From a virus (taxonomy: Duplodnaviria > Caudoviricetes): DNA of 64,000 bases. The stretch lies in IMG/VR virus record IMGVR_UViG_3300028886_000036, positions 160,001 to 224,000 of that record. One strand, written 5' to 3'. The translations under genes and the position numbers were made by a program. This document shows, one piece after another, positions 8,576 through 19,192 of this stretch. The notes under the pieces are model-generated. The model was not told the DNA's origin. It worked only from the letters and a program-made list of their open reading frames with translations, and searched no databases. Numbering within the stretch: the stretch's first letter is position 1; each line of letters starts with the position of its first letter.

Positions 8576-11500
8576 TTAACCATTAATATCAATGCCCATA
8601 CCTGTTATAACAGCATTAAAGTATTCTCCAGCTCCGGATAACTTAATTTCAGTAGTAATGTCAGCACTTCCATTTCTTATTATATCAGATATAACCTGTC
8701 GTTTTACATCGGAATTTTCAGCAGATACAGCAAACATTTGCTTAATAATTTCTTTACCTTCATTACCATATGATAATAAGCACCAAGTATCCATTTCACC
8801 CATTCTTTGACCTCCAGCTCTAGCTTTTCCTCTAGTGGGGCTCATAGAAGTCTTAACATATCTACCAACATTTCTAGCATGAGATTTAAGTTCAGCAATC
8901 TGTTCAAGTCTCTGGAAATACATAATACCACAAGCCACAGGATATCTTGTCTTAGCATTTGGACCTAATTCTGGTATAGTCAAGTATTCACAGAATTTAG
9001 CACCAAACTTTTTACTAGCTGCAATTATTTGATCTATGCTATCCCCTTGAAATGGAGCTACTAATAATTTTAATTTACTCTGTATAGCATCTTGAACATA
9101 CTTATCAAATTCACTAGAATTCATGGCCCTCAAGTTCTGAGCTATCTTAGAACTATAGGTTTTATTGTCAGTACCGTCCATAGATTTATATAAGTCTATA
9201 ATAAAGTTTTCAATAGCAGTTCTTCCAGCTTTTTTATTGTACATATTAGTCAAAGTTTCAGTAGCTTTAAGCATTATTCTAGATGCAGCTAATTCATGTA
9301 ACTGACCAACATTCATTCTTCCAATTACACAAAGATTTGGATATATAACTTCTATAGCTTTTCCATCTTCTGTGTGAGGCATAAGATTATCTGGAAGTAT
9401 CTTAGTAATAACACCTTTACCACCATGCCTGTTAGATAACTTATCTCCAAGATTAGCTGGCATATAAGATACAAGTTCTATAATGACTTTATTACCTTTA
9501 AATGCTTCTCCATGATCGGTATATTTACCAGCATTGTTAAGTATAGCTCTTTTATCAAAGAACTTCTTTCCACCAGCCTTAGTTATAGCATCATTAGATT
9601 GGGCATAGTACTGTTCAGTATGATTAATAAGATCCATAACTTGTGATACATCACCGTTAGGGAAGAACTCACATCCAACTACTTTACAGTCAGTTGGAGC
9701 TATTAATTCATAATCATCACTTAAAGCCATATCTCCTACAATAGATTTCTTAATTCTAAGAACCGTATCTCCAGCTTTAAAAGACTGTCCAATTCTAGGG
9801 AATACTTCAATCTGATCATTTGGTAATAATGTAACTTCTGTTTTATCATTATGTAACGAAGTAATTCTCTTAGCAAATGATTCTGAAATAATAAAACCGT
9901 CCTCATAGTTATAACCCATATATGACATATAACAAGTTAAAGCATTGATCCCCTGAGTAAGAGTTGGCTTAATAAACTGATTAGATGCAAGTATTTGGAA
10001 CTTATTAACTTTATCTCCAGCTTTAACTGTAGGTGTATATTCTAATGCTGCATTCTTTCCAGAGCCTGAAATAAGACATTTAGGTCTAATATCTATGATT
10101 TCATTTCTATTATCATCACCTTTTACTATAATTACCTTATCATCAACATAAGTTACTGTGCCGTTTGCAGACGATTTTTTAGCAAAAGTAGATGAGCACA
10201 TAGCCGGTATAACAGCCTCAGCGCCGGTACCAATAATAGGAGCTTCAGAATTCTCAATAGGAACCGTCTGTCTAGCCTGATTGGCAGCCATGATAGCTCT
10301 AGCTTGGTCATCTGCATCTATATACGGAGTGCAGGATAACGCTGGTCCCATTATTTGAGTATTTTTAGGATTAATCTCCATTGGCATAAAACCGTGTTGT
10401 TCTGAATCATACAAATGACCTAAAGATAAGAATATTCTAGTTCCAGGGTCTCCTTCAGAAGTATCTGACGGATCTAAATTACCAAAATGAGATACTCTAA
10501 CCGCTCTATCTCTAGGCATTATAGCATCAGAATTTGGCAATCCACCGGGACCAGCTATTCTAACTGCTGCATAGTTACTAACTTCTTCTATTGGATTCTG
10601 TTCCTGTAATTGCTGAAGAGCACCCTGATCTCTGAAGAATTTAGTAACAAATCCAGAGTCTACACTAATTTCTTTATTAGGATCATAAAGATGCTTTCTT
10701 TTAAAGTTACTAATCCCCTGGTCAATGCCCTTTTCAACGGCAGTTGTAATAATATCAGTTGTTCTCAAATATACATTTTCTATACTTAATTTATCAGATA
10801 CAGCGCCTGAAATAGCTTTATCCGCACAGAATGGAATAATCTCCTTAAGCACAAATGGTAATTGATTGGATTTAAGAACATTTTCAGTTTGGACATCTAC
10901 AATATATTTAATACACTGTCTTAAAACATACTCAGTTTTAGCAGCTCCTGTATATGCCTTTAAACATTCAAAGGCTTCTTGCGTGGAAGTTATATTCTTA
11001 AATTTATATTTTCTAAACATCAATCTTAAACCAGTCTCAATCACTCTATGATGAACATTAGTCTGATCAAAATCACAAACCAACCATTGTTCATTATCTA
11101 ACTGATAACAAGTTTTACCTCTAATCTTTTTATCAGAAAGCATATGATTAACATTATAGTATCTAAGCACGCCTTCTATACCAAGTATAAGAGAGAATAA
11201 CAAAGCTAATGGGATTTTAACTCCACCAACAAAGCATCTAACGTCTTCCTGTTTGTTGAATATTCCATAAAAGAAGGAAATAGATGAATAGTTAGTTCTA
11301 ATTTGTGAATGATGCTTCTTAACTATAAATATAGGAAGAGTAGCCATAATTGTTGGGAAGAACCATTTGAGTCCACCAGAAACAACAAATCTATCTTCAT
11401 GAATAGCTGGAACTCTAAACTTTAAAGTAACCGTTTTTCTAGAAGTTGTAATGCACTTAATATTGATTATATCAAAATCTGATTTATACATTTCTGTATC

Positions 11501-13105
11501 AGCACCTAATGATTGTGTAAACCAAACTTTCTGTACTTTATATCCAATCTCAGATAATCTACCAGATACTGATCTAAAGATGTCATTAACAATTTTATCT
11601 TGATATTTATGTCTTCTAGCAATAGCCATACTAATATTGTTAGTAATTAAAGAATTAACTAATTTATTATCATTAACCTCATCAATATTCTCATCCTTAT
11701 CATATCCAAGTTCTCTAACAACATTCTCTTGTTTTTCAATATCAGGAGTTATCTCTGGTATGTCTCCTGGTTTTATTGTTTTCATAACATTCTTTAATAC
11801 TTTAGTATTTGCAACAGCTGCCTGGGCAATATCTATTTGCTTCTGTTTATCGTTACTATTAACAGCATCTACAGCTGTAACTGCAGCTTGTGGATTTGCT
11901 CTAGTTAATGCATTTAGTCTATTTGCTAAAACAGAACTATTAATACTAAAGTTATTCATAATAGATCTTGCACTTTTGCTAATCTCTCTTACAGCAGCAT
12001 CAATATCCGCCTGCCCTATAGCTTTAAGCTTTGATTCATTATCGTTAGCTTTTTTAATAGGATCCCTTTTAGCTACAGGAAGTATTATCTTTTTAACTAT
12101 AGGATTACTATCATTTTGTTTATCTCCTCTATCAATAATAACATCTTGCTTAATAACTGGCTTCGGCGGTTCTTCTTTTTTAACCATTTGGAATCTATTA
12201 TTGAAGGTTGGAGTAACGCCTCTAGTTTGAACATTATTAGTAGGAATATTCATTCTCATAGCAGTTCCAGCTGGGTTAGGCTGCATAGGAACCGATTGAG
12301 GGCGATTATTACCAAAGCCGAAGAAGTTCTTTATTTTACCAAACATTCCTGGCTGAGGAGGATCTACTTCTGATTTAGGAGGCATCTTTTGTAAAGACAT
12401 TCTAAGATCCGCCATGGATATAGTCTTTTTCTTTTCCTCTTCCTCTTCCTCATCAACAATTCTTGTATTGATAGCATCTCTAATAAACTTAAAGCACATT
12501 TGGAATGTATTCTTCTTATCCAATGCTTTATCATAAATTAATCTAAATTGACCTTTCGATACAGAAAACAAAACTATCTTACTATATGGAACTGACATAT
12601 ACTGCATCTTTCTTAATTTATACAATATGTTAAAAAGATACATATCCTTCATATTAATCTTTTGTCCTAATATACTTGAATCTACGACATACAGTAATAT
12701 TTGTTCATTTCCCAAGTTATTCATACTATTAACTGTATTAGCCATAAAGTTAGATGCAATTTCTACATATCTTAAAGATTCTAACTTATTCTTCATATAC
12801 ATCATATATGGTGTAATATCATATACAAAAGTTTTATTATTAGAGAATTGTGATAAAACTGGATATACATTAAGTGATCCATAGTTCTTTTTAACTTCTT
12901 CAGTTCTAGTTATAAGTAATTTATTAAAAACTCTCAACGATTTAGGCTGATATGCATATAACGGTGGCATATTAAGAGGAAGCCTATCAAAATAAGTTGC
13001 GCCTATTGGGGCACCTTCAACTAAAAGATGTATTATATACCCTTTTCTAGGAATCATAAGATTAGGTGCCATAGTAGAATGAAGTTTTAATGATTTAATT
13101 TGCAT
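8576..13105 (-). CDS. rpoB: phage multisubunit RNA polymerase beta subunit with long N-terminal extension
   Basis: DDQARAIMAANQARQ, GYNYEDG, GDKLSNRHGGKGV, GRMNVGQ, GGQRMGEMD motifs; 1509 aa. Confidence 0.93.
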   Translation of the reverse strand: MQIKSLKLHSTMAPNLMIPRKGYIIHLLVEGAPIGATYFDRLPLNMPPLYAYQPKSLRVFNKLLITRTEEVKKNYGSLNVYPVLSQFSNNKTFVYDITPYMMYMKNKLESLRYVEIASNFMANTVNSMNNLGNEQILLYVVDSSILGQKINMKDMYLFNILYKLRKMQYMSVPYSKIVLFSVSKGQFRLIYDKALDKKNTFQMCFKFIRDAINTRIVDEEEEEEKKKTISMADLRMSLQKMPPKSEVDPPQPGMFGKIKNFFGFGNNRPQSVPMQPNPAGTAMRMNIPTNNVQTRGVTPTFNNRFQMVKKEEPPKPVIKQDVIIDRGDKQNDSNPIVKKIILPVAKRDPIKKANDNESKLKAIGQADIDAAVREISKSARSIMNNFSINSSVLANRLNALTRANPQAAVTAVDAVNSNDKQKQIDIAQAAVANTKVLKNVMKTIKPGDIPEITPDIEKQENVVRELGYDKDENIDEVNDNKLVNSLITNNISMAIARRHKYQDKIVNDIFRSVSGRLSEIGYKVQKVWFTQSLGADTEMYKSDFDIINIKCITTSRKTVTLKFRVPAIHEDRFVVSGGLKWFFPTIMATLPIFIVKKHHSQIRTNYSSISFFYGIFNKQEDVRCFVGGVKIPLALLFSLILGIEGVLRYYNVNHMLSDKKIRGKTCYQLDNEQWLVCDFDQTNVHHRVIETGLRLMFRKYKFKNITSTQEAFECLKAYTGAAKTEYVLRQCIKYIVDVQTENVLKSNQLPFVLKEIIPFCADKAISGAVSDKLSIENVYLRTTDIITTAVEKGIDQGISNFKRKHLYDPNKEISVDSGFVTKFFRDQGALQQLQEQNPIEEVSNYAAVRIAGPGGLPNSDAIMPRDRAVRVSHFGNLDPSDTSEGDPGTRIFLSLGHLYDSEQHGFMPMEINPKNTQIMGPALSCTPYIDADDQARAIMAANQARQTVPIENSEAPIIGTGAEAVIPAMCSSTFAKKSSANGTVTYVDDKVIIVKGDDNRNEIIDIRPKCLISGSGKNAALEYTPTVKAGDKVNKFQILASNQFIKPTLTQGINALTCYMSYMGYNYEDGFIISESFAKRITSLHNDKTEVTLLPNDQIEVFPRIGQSFKAGDTVLRIKKSIVGDMALSDDYELIAPTDCKVVGCEFFPNGDVSQVMDLINHTEQYYAQSNDAITKAGGKKFFDKRAILNNAGKYTDHGEAFKGNKVIIELVSYMPANLGDKLSNRHGGKGVITKILPDNLMPHTEDGKAIEVIYPNLCVIGRMNVGQLHELAASRIMLKATETLTNMYNKKAGRTAIENFIIDLYKSMDGTDNKTYSSKIAQNLRAMNSSEFDKYVQDAIQSKLKLLVAPFQGDSIDQIIAASKKFGAKFCEYLTIPELGPNAKTRYPVACGIMYFQRLEQIAELKSHARNVGRYVKTSMSPTRGKARAGGQRMGEMDTWCLLSYGNEGKEIIKQMFAVSAENSDVKRQVISDIIRNGSADITTEIKLSGAGEYFNAVITGMGIDING

Positions 13106-13123
13106 ACTCTAATACCTCCAGTA

Positions 13124-16063
13124 TTACGCATTAACAATATCGTCCAGATCTGATTTAATCCTAAACGAATTATCATCAGTCAATACCGCTGTTGTAAATG
13201 CTTTACTGACATTTTCAAAAGCAGCTCCTCTTCTCCAATTCTCATAAACAGCAACCTGTTTAAGACCAACTCTAAGAGGTTCTCCTTTATGATCGCATCT
13301 ATATGGTATAGCAGGAGTTTTTGCATTTCTAAACAACTGGGACACAAATACCTCAAACGCCCACATTGGTACTCCTGGAAGAGTATTATAATACATCAGT
13401 TCAACCAGTTTATCTGGGTTTGTAATATTAGTTTGTTGGGCAAGTTTTTGTACCTGCATAACAGCCCCTGTTGTAGAGCCAGCAGAGTTCTTCATAGAGC
13501 CAAATATAATATCTTTTGCATAGGGAATCCTAAACGCATTGCCAATATCCTCCAAATCATCTGGATCATTAACTAATAAAGTAAAATCATATGGTAAATC
13601 AAGAACTATTTTAAGTTTTCCAGATTCAATAGTAAAGCTTTTAAATGTCATTTCACCACTAGCATTACTTAAAATTTCTTCTTTTGGTACAGTAACTATT
13701 ATAGGTACCGTTGCAATAACATTATCGTGTTTATCCTGAATACAAACATTTTTAATATCAGGGTTAGATGATAAGAAATTAGCAGCACCTTTAGATGAAG
13801 TTGAGTGGAATGTCTGCATGGTTAATTGAGCTCCTCTTTCACCAACAGCTTGTGCAGCAAGAATTCCAACATTATACGATCCAAGCTTATCATAAAGATC
13901 ATAAGGTAAACAATCCAAACCAAGTTTAAATGGCTCCCAATACACTGGCGAAATAATATCTACTTTCTGGCCAATGTAATCTTCTCCGTTTTCAATAATT
14001 TGACCATTCCATAGTTTTCTGTGATATAACCCATTAGCCATATATTTATCTCTAACATTAACCCTTAAAGGTTTAAATGCATGATTGCCTTTCATAGCAG
14101 GATCCAATACTATAGATGCTGCTAAATAAATAAACTGTCTAGTCATATAACCAGAATTAGCAGTCATCTGAGATCTATCAACTAGCCCAGATCTACCAGA
14201 AACTGATGTAACATAATAATCACTAGGATTAAGGCCTTGCCCGGTTGCTGTTTTAACTGGAGTAGGAATAATTTCTCCATCCTGATTGGCGACATATCCT
14301 TTAGCTACAAATGATGCTTTAATATTGCCAACTTTCTTTTCAGCTCCAGATGCTAAAAAGTCAGCTATTAAGTTATCTGTATCAGCAAATTCTTTCATAA
14401 CATCTTGTGTTAGTTTTTCCAAGTTTTCAGGTATTTCTGTACCCTTAGAGAAAATTTCATCCTTTCTTTTAAGGAATTTATCATCAAGCCTATATATGCT
14501 GATATCCAATGTTTTACCAATTATAGTAGGAATTTTACACGCAGATCTAGCTAATAATCCAGCTCTATGAAATATTTCATCAGAAGGTACTTTGCCAATT
14601 AACTTCCTCAATATTTTAATAGCACCTTTACCATTAACTTGTTCTGTACACGGCATTCCAACTATAATCTCAAATATTGCTCTACCAGCAGTTGTTACAG
14701 ATCCATTATATTTAACAGGAAATGCTGCATCATTATGCTCAAAAATAACTGCTTCAGCTTCTTCAACTGTATTTACAGTAGGAGGATTCACTACTTTTGG
14801 ACCCTTATAATCAGCTGTAAGATAATATATACCTAACGGAACATCTTTTTTAAATTCAAATGATAAATCGTCATCACCTTTAGAAGATGAGCAATCTTTC
14901 CCAATTAATACTTTTTCTTTAGCCAACTTTTGAGCTGTACTAGTTATAGGTAAAAATATAGCCATCTGATCTCCATCAAAATCCGCATTAAATGGTCCAC
15001 ATATAATTGGATGTATGTGGAATGTTTCGTCGTTTACTAATTTCATATACATTCCTCTGACAGAATGTCTATGTAAGCAAGGATCTCGTTTAGCTAAAAC
15101 TACTTTACCTTCCATAGCTTTCTTCAATGCATTAATGACTACTTCCTTAACATTTGCAGGAACCTCATTAGACTTTTCTTTAACTTGATCTATAACTCTA
15201 CCTATATTAAGCTGAGTTGCTTTAACTCCGGCTTTTTCTAAATCATCTTTAAAATCAAATAATAAATTATGTGTAACAAAAGGTTTAAGCAAAGTTAATG
15301 CTATATCTTCTGGAACTCCTATAGTATTAGGCTCAATATTAATATCTCCAGTAATAACCGCTCTTGCCGAGAAATCCATTATCTTACCTAAAAGATTGCT
15401 TCTCTGAATACCTTGCTTACCTTTTATAAGATTAGTTAACTCCTGATATACCTGATATACTTCTTTTTGTATTCTAAGAGTAACTGATCTTAAGTTATTC
15501 CCAGTAGAAAATCTAACTACATTAGCATCATTAATTATCTGTGAGTAGTAACTATTGATAGGTGTCATTTCTATTTTATTTCTAACAATATCAACTGGCC
15601 TATACTGTGGGGGGACAACTATAAGTTTATCAATAAATGCGAATGCCTTATATTTCACAATATATCTTAATAGTTTTATTCCAGCATCAGTTACCATATT
15701 CTTTTCAATAAGTTGCTTACATATCTCTTCAGTATGCTCTATAAAAAAGGGGATACCGTAGTATCCCAATGAATTCTTTTCTATCGACTCTGTATCTGGA
15801 TTTAATGAGATTTCTCCAGTAAAAAACTTTAATAAAGCAGATGCTCTTCTATCTGCTATTTCATATAACAATGGATGTAATACTTGTGTGTTCAAGGAAA
15901 TAAACCCAAATACACTTCTCCATCTTGCACTATTTGGTAATCCAAAAATATAATTACTAAAAAGTCCGTTATCATCAAACTTTTCAGCTTTCATAATATT
16001 AGCTGTAGTAACTTCTTTTACATCATTATCAGCTATAAATTTATTAATATCAAGTAATAGCAA
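13124..16063 (-). CDS. rpoC: phage multisubunit RNA polymerase beta' subunit
   Basis: Catalytic NADFDGD, LLGKIMDFSARAVI, RDPCLHR, TANSGYMTR, AQAVGERGAQLTMQTFH; TTG start with GGAGG. Confidence 0.95.
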   Translation of the reverse strand: MLLLDINKFIADNDVKEVTTANIMKAEKFDDNGLFSNYIFGLPNSARWRSVFGFISLNTQVLHPLLYEIADRRASALLKFFTGEISLNPDTESIEKNSLGYYGIPFFIEHTEEICKQLIEKNMVTDAGIKLLRYIVKYKAFAFIDKLIVVPPQYRPVDIVRNKIEMTPINSYYSQIINDANVVRFSTGNNLRSVTLRIQKEVYQVYQELTNLIKGKQGIQRSNLLGKIMDFSARAVITGDINIEPNTIGVPEDIALTLLKPFVTHNLLFDFKDDLEKAGVKATQLNIGRVIDQVKEKSNEVPANVKEVVINALKKAMEGKVVLAKRDPCLHRHSVRGMYMKLVNDETFHIHPIICGPFNADFDGDQMAIFLPITSTAQKLAKEKVLIGKDCSSSKGDDDLSFEFKKDVPLGIYYLTADYKGPKVVNPPTVNTVEEAEAVIFEHNDAAFPVKYNGSVTTAGRAIFEIIVGMPCTEQVNGKGAIKILRKLIGKVPSDEIFHRAGLLARSACKIPTIIGKTLDISIYRLDDKFLKRKDEIFSKGTEIPENLEKLTQDVMKEFADTDNLIADFLASGAEKKVGNIKASFVAKGYVANQDGEIIPTPVKTATGQGLNPSDYYVTSVSGRSGLVDRSQMTANSGYMTRQFIYLAASIVLDPAMKGNHAFKPLRVNVRDKYMANGLYHRKLWNGQIIENGEDYIGQKVDIISPVYWEPFKLGLDCLPYDLYDKLGSYNVGILAAQAVGERGAQLTMQTFHSTSSKGAANFLSSNPDIKNVCIQDKHDNVIATVPIIVTVPKEEILSNASGEMTFKSFTIESGKLKIVLDLPYDFTLLVNDPDDLEDIGNAFRIPYAKDIIFGSMKNSAGSTTGAVMQVQKLAQQTNITNPDKLVELMYYNTLPGVPMWAFEVFVSQLFRNAKTPAIPYRCDHKGEPLRVGLKQVAVYENWRRGAAFENVSKAFTTAVLTDDNSFRIKSDLDDIVNA

Positions 16064-16080
16064 TTATGTAACCTCCTTGG

Positions 16081-16671
16081 TTACTGTTGAGTTCCTTCTT
16101 CCTGGGATACAGTAATTTCCTCCTGCTTAGAATCAGGAGTCTTTTCTACATCAGCAGAGGTATCCTCAACTTCAAATTTTCCATCTCTTAAATCTTTTAA
16201 GTTATGGAGTGTAATATAAAAATCTGCAATAATTTTGTCAAATCTTTTCATAAGTCTTTCTTTAACAACTGCTCTACATTGCTTAATAGTTCTAACTGCA
16301 GGACCAGATTTAGCAGTTTCAATCCTAATACCAAATTGATTCCAAACTTCACTAATAGCATCCATTAAAGACATATTTAATAATACTTTAGCTTGTCTTT
16401 GCAGCTTACTCGCATCTAGACTAAAAGGAGAATTCTTTTCAGTATAAGGATACTTCTTATCAGGATCAGTAGCTTTAGGATCAACCACTGTGGTTGGATC
16501 TACATAGCAAATGCTCATATATTCCACCACAAGGTTATCTAAAGTATCGTATAATCTTTTATCTATTGCAATCTCATAAGGACGCAACAAAGTTTTAAGG
16601 TTTTCTCCTGGAGTGTTATCACTAGCTAACACATTAAACCACTTTTTAATCAACATTGACATTAGTAACAT
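16081..16671 (-). CDS. hypothetical protein in the RNAP operon
   Basis: 196-aa ORF directly upstream of beta'. Confidence 0.75.
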   Translation of the reverse strand: MLLMSMLIKKWFNVLASDNTPGENLKTLLRPYEIAIDKRLYDTLDNLVVEYMSICYVDPTTVVDPKATDPDKKYPYTEKNSPFSLDASKLQRQAKVLLNMSLMDAISEVWNQFGIRIETAKSGPAVRTIKQCRAVVKERLMKRFDKIIADFYITLHNLKDLRDGKFEVEDTSADVEKTPDSKQEEITVSQEEGTQQ

Positions 16672-18013
16672 ACATCCTTTCTACTTGTGAATTAATAAAA
16701 TCCTTATAGTCTTCTGAAGCAACTTTACGTAAATAATCAACAAACTCATCAATAAACTTAAACCAGTTTATCTCCAATTCTTCATTAGTGTTAACATCAA
16801 CATACTTATACTGATATAACACACTAATACTTTCTATAACTATTTTTTTCAAATTAGCATGATTCAAAAATTTATAGTATTTACCAAGTTCCCTACTAAC
16901 AATAGTACTTTGAGCATATGCTTTTATATCATCTGATAAAGGTTTTCTATCTTGAGATATAGCAGAGGCACTAGTTAATAACTTAAGTAACTCAGTTTTA
17001 TCTGGGTCATGATCTTTAAGAAAATCATAACAATATAAATTAATCAGACAATTATTGTCTAAAGAGATATGATATGAGTTGATTCCAAATATCTTAAATA
17101 TCAATGGATTACATATGTTAACCACTGTTGTATAAGCATTATAGTTACTAAGTTTATTAGCAAGATCTTCATATTTTTTAAATATTGGTTCAAAACATAC
17201 TTTAACTATAGATCTATAGTATATTTCATACTCTTCAATTCTATTAGTATTCTCATTGACAGAAATGTTATTGATTGTACTGTTTACAAACTTTATACCA
17301 AAATTAGTTCTTAATAACCAATCGACTTCATTCTTACATATGCTAATCATGTATGCTATAGGATTTTCTTCTGGTTTTAACGATGGTAAAGCTTTATAAA
17401 TAACTGAGCTAAGTAATCTTAACGCATATCCGTCTGAAGTATAACCTGTAGTTACAGAAAGAAGATCCCATATCTTTTTACCAGATTTAGTAGGATAAGT
17501 ACTCATTATAATACTGTTAATTATCTTATACAACTTATCTAACGTACCATTATTGATCATATCTCTACAGATATATTTTTGCATTTCTTTTTGTGATAAC
17601 TGATCCATAGAATCATCTGTTAAATAACAAACAATAAAAAATCTAGTTCTGATAGAAGTTTTAAATAAATCTTCAGATTCCTTTAGATTGATATTCAGAG
17701 TATATGTGGAATCCTCTTTAACATTCATATTAGTACCAAGATTCATATTAGTATAAGTTTTATCTATAAGATAAAATAGCTTATTACTATACTTTAAAAA
17801 CACTTGATATTTACTAGTAGACTCCAAGTACTCCTTCAAAAACTGTTCATATATGTTTAACAGATCTTTATTAAGAGTTAACATATTATTAACTACACCG
17901 AAAATATCATTAAACTTATTAACTAAAGCAGCAAGCTCTGTAGAGAAAGAAGCTACACTGCCATTTGAAAAAATAAAATCAATGGTTTTCTTTTGTTTAG
18001 ATTTTACATACAT
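16646..18013 (-). CDS. candidate sigma-like promoter-specificity subunit of the phage RNAP
   Basis: 455-aa helical protein in the RNAP operon; YKALPSLKPEENPIAYMISICKNEVDWLLR resembles sigma region 2.3-2.4 (function is inference). Confidence 0.4.
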   Translation of the reverse strand: MYVKSKQKKTIDFIFSNGSVASFSTELAALVNKFNDIFGVVNNMLTLNKDLLNIYEQFLKEYLESTSKYQVFLKYSNKLFYLIDKTYTNMNLGTNMNVKEDSTYTLNINLKESEDLFKTSIRTRFFIVCYLTDDSMDQLSQKEMQKYICRDMINNGTLDKLYKIINSIIMSTYPTKSGKKIWDLLSVTTGYTSDGYALRLLSSVIYKALPSLKPEENPIAYMISICKNEVDWLLRTNFGIKFVNSTINNISVNENTNRIEEYEIYYRSIVKVCFEPIFKKYEDLANKLSNYNAYTTVVNICNPLIFKIFGINSYHISLDNNCLINLYCYDFLKDHDPDKTELLKLLTSASAISQDRKPLSDDIKAYAQSTIVSRELGKYYKFLNHANLKKIVIESISVLYQYKYVDVNTNEELEINWFKFIDEFVDYLRKVASEDYKDFINSQVERMYVTNVNVD

Positions 18014-18070
18014 TTAGGTTGCTAGGGGTAGTTGTTGGCTACCCCTAGCTTTATAGCTCCTCTCTAGTTA

Positions 18071-18712
18071 TTATTTCTCTTTCAACGCATCTGTGACTGC
18101 ATTACGGACCACTCCATAAACCTCGGGGTATTGTGAGTTAATGCTATCTGTAACAACTCTTTGAAGCTGTTCACCAACTGCTTTAGTAACAATTTTTTGC
18201 ATTTCAGAATAGATTAGATGACTGGTCATATGAACCCATTCATCACAGAAAAGCTTAATCTGATCAGTGAACTGTTCTACTTCATCAGCATCTCTAAACT
18301 TATAGATCTGCTTACTGGATTTACCTTCAAAACTATCACTAAGATACAACACATATGCAGGAAGACCATCTTTTTCAAGAACTCCAAAGGCAAACTGCAT
18401 TGTATGATTAGTTACAGCATTAGTATATGTACAAGAGAATTGTTTAGTAGCAGTATCTGGATTATTTTTATACTGTTGCACAATATCATTAACTGCTTTA
18501 TAAAATACTTCAGCATTCCTATAATTAGGATTTCCATCTTTAGTAGTCTTATAAGCATTCTTATACAATACAACAGCAATACCATTTTTAGTATCAAAAG
18601 CGCCTGTATCGGTTCTTGGAGCTGAACCAATACGGACTCGATCATTACCATTTTCATCCAAAGCAAAATTCAAATACATGCTATGCGTTTTGTTGTTATA
18701 ATAAGTATTCAT
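18071..18712 (-). CDS. hypothetical protein (possible nucleic-acid binding)
   Basis: 213-aa ORF followed by hairpin GCTAGGGGTAG...CTACCCCTAGC. Confidence 0.75.
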   Translation of the reverse strand: MNTYYNNKTHSMYLNFALDENGNDRVRIGSAPRTDTGAFDTKNGIAVVLYKNAYKTTKDGNPNYRNAEVFYKAVNDIVQQYKNNPDTATKQFSCTYTNAVTNHTMQFAFGVLEKDGLPAYVLYLSDSFEGKSSKQIYKFRDADEVEQFTDQIKLFCDEWVHMTSHLIYSEMQKIVTKAVGEQLQRVVTDSINSQYPEVYGVVRNAVTDALKEK

Positions 18713-19149
18713 CTGGTTAAAATACTTCCTTTCAGATATTCTCCATAAATAGCATAAATTAATTCGCCCTTAAAAACCATATCTTCATTAGTAGCACAGC
18801 ATACCATCCATCTATGCTGATAAGATCCATCTCCACAATCGCATATACTACAACTTGCTCTTAAGTGGGCAGGTGGATTAAACCTAGACACAGTATAAAT
18901 TGCTCGTCTAATATCATTAGAAGCAGGTATCTTGTCAACAGTACAATTAAACTCGAAGTATTCGGTGTCATATGGATTGTTAATATAACGACCAAACAAC
19001 ACACGATCAACTTCTTTTTGACCTTTTCGAACTAGTTCAGGTCTGTTAAATTTAGTACGATAGTCTCTAATAAATTTACGACTCTTTCTACCATACTTGT
19101 TATAAAGATAGGCTCCTACTCCAGCAAGACCAAGCAATTCGATAATCAT
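18709..19149 (-). CDS. hypothetical protein with N-terminal hydrophobic anchor
   Basis: 146-aa ORF, RBS AAGGAG. Confidence 0.75.
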   Translation of the reverse strand: MIIELLGLAGVGAYLYNKYGRKSRKFIRDYRTKFNRPELVRKGQKEVDRVLFGRYINNPYDTEYFEFNCTVDKIPASNDIRRAIYTVSRFNPPAHLRASCSICDCGDGSYQHRWMVCCATNEDMVFKGELIYAIYGEYLKGSILTR

Positions 19150-19192
19150 ACTTTAACTCTCCTTAACTACAATATTAATTACAATAGACTAA

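Noticed and set aside
8576-16063. Host chromosomal rpoBC operon
   Set aside because: Highly divergent, reversed order, short beta', no ribosomal protein neighbours, embedded among phage genes
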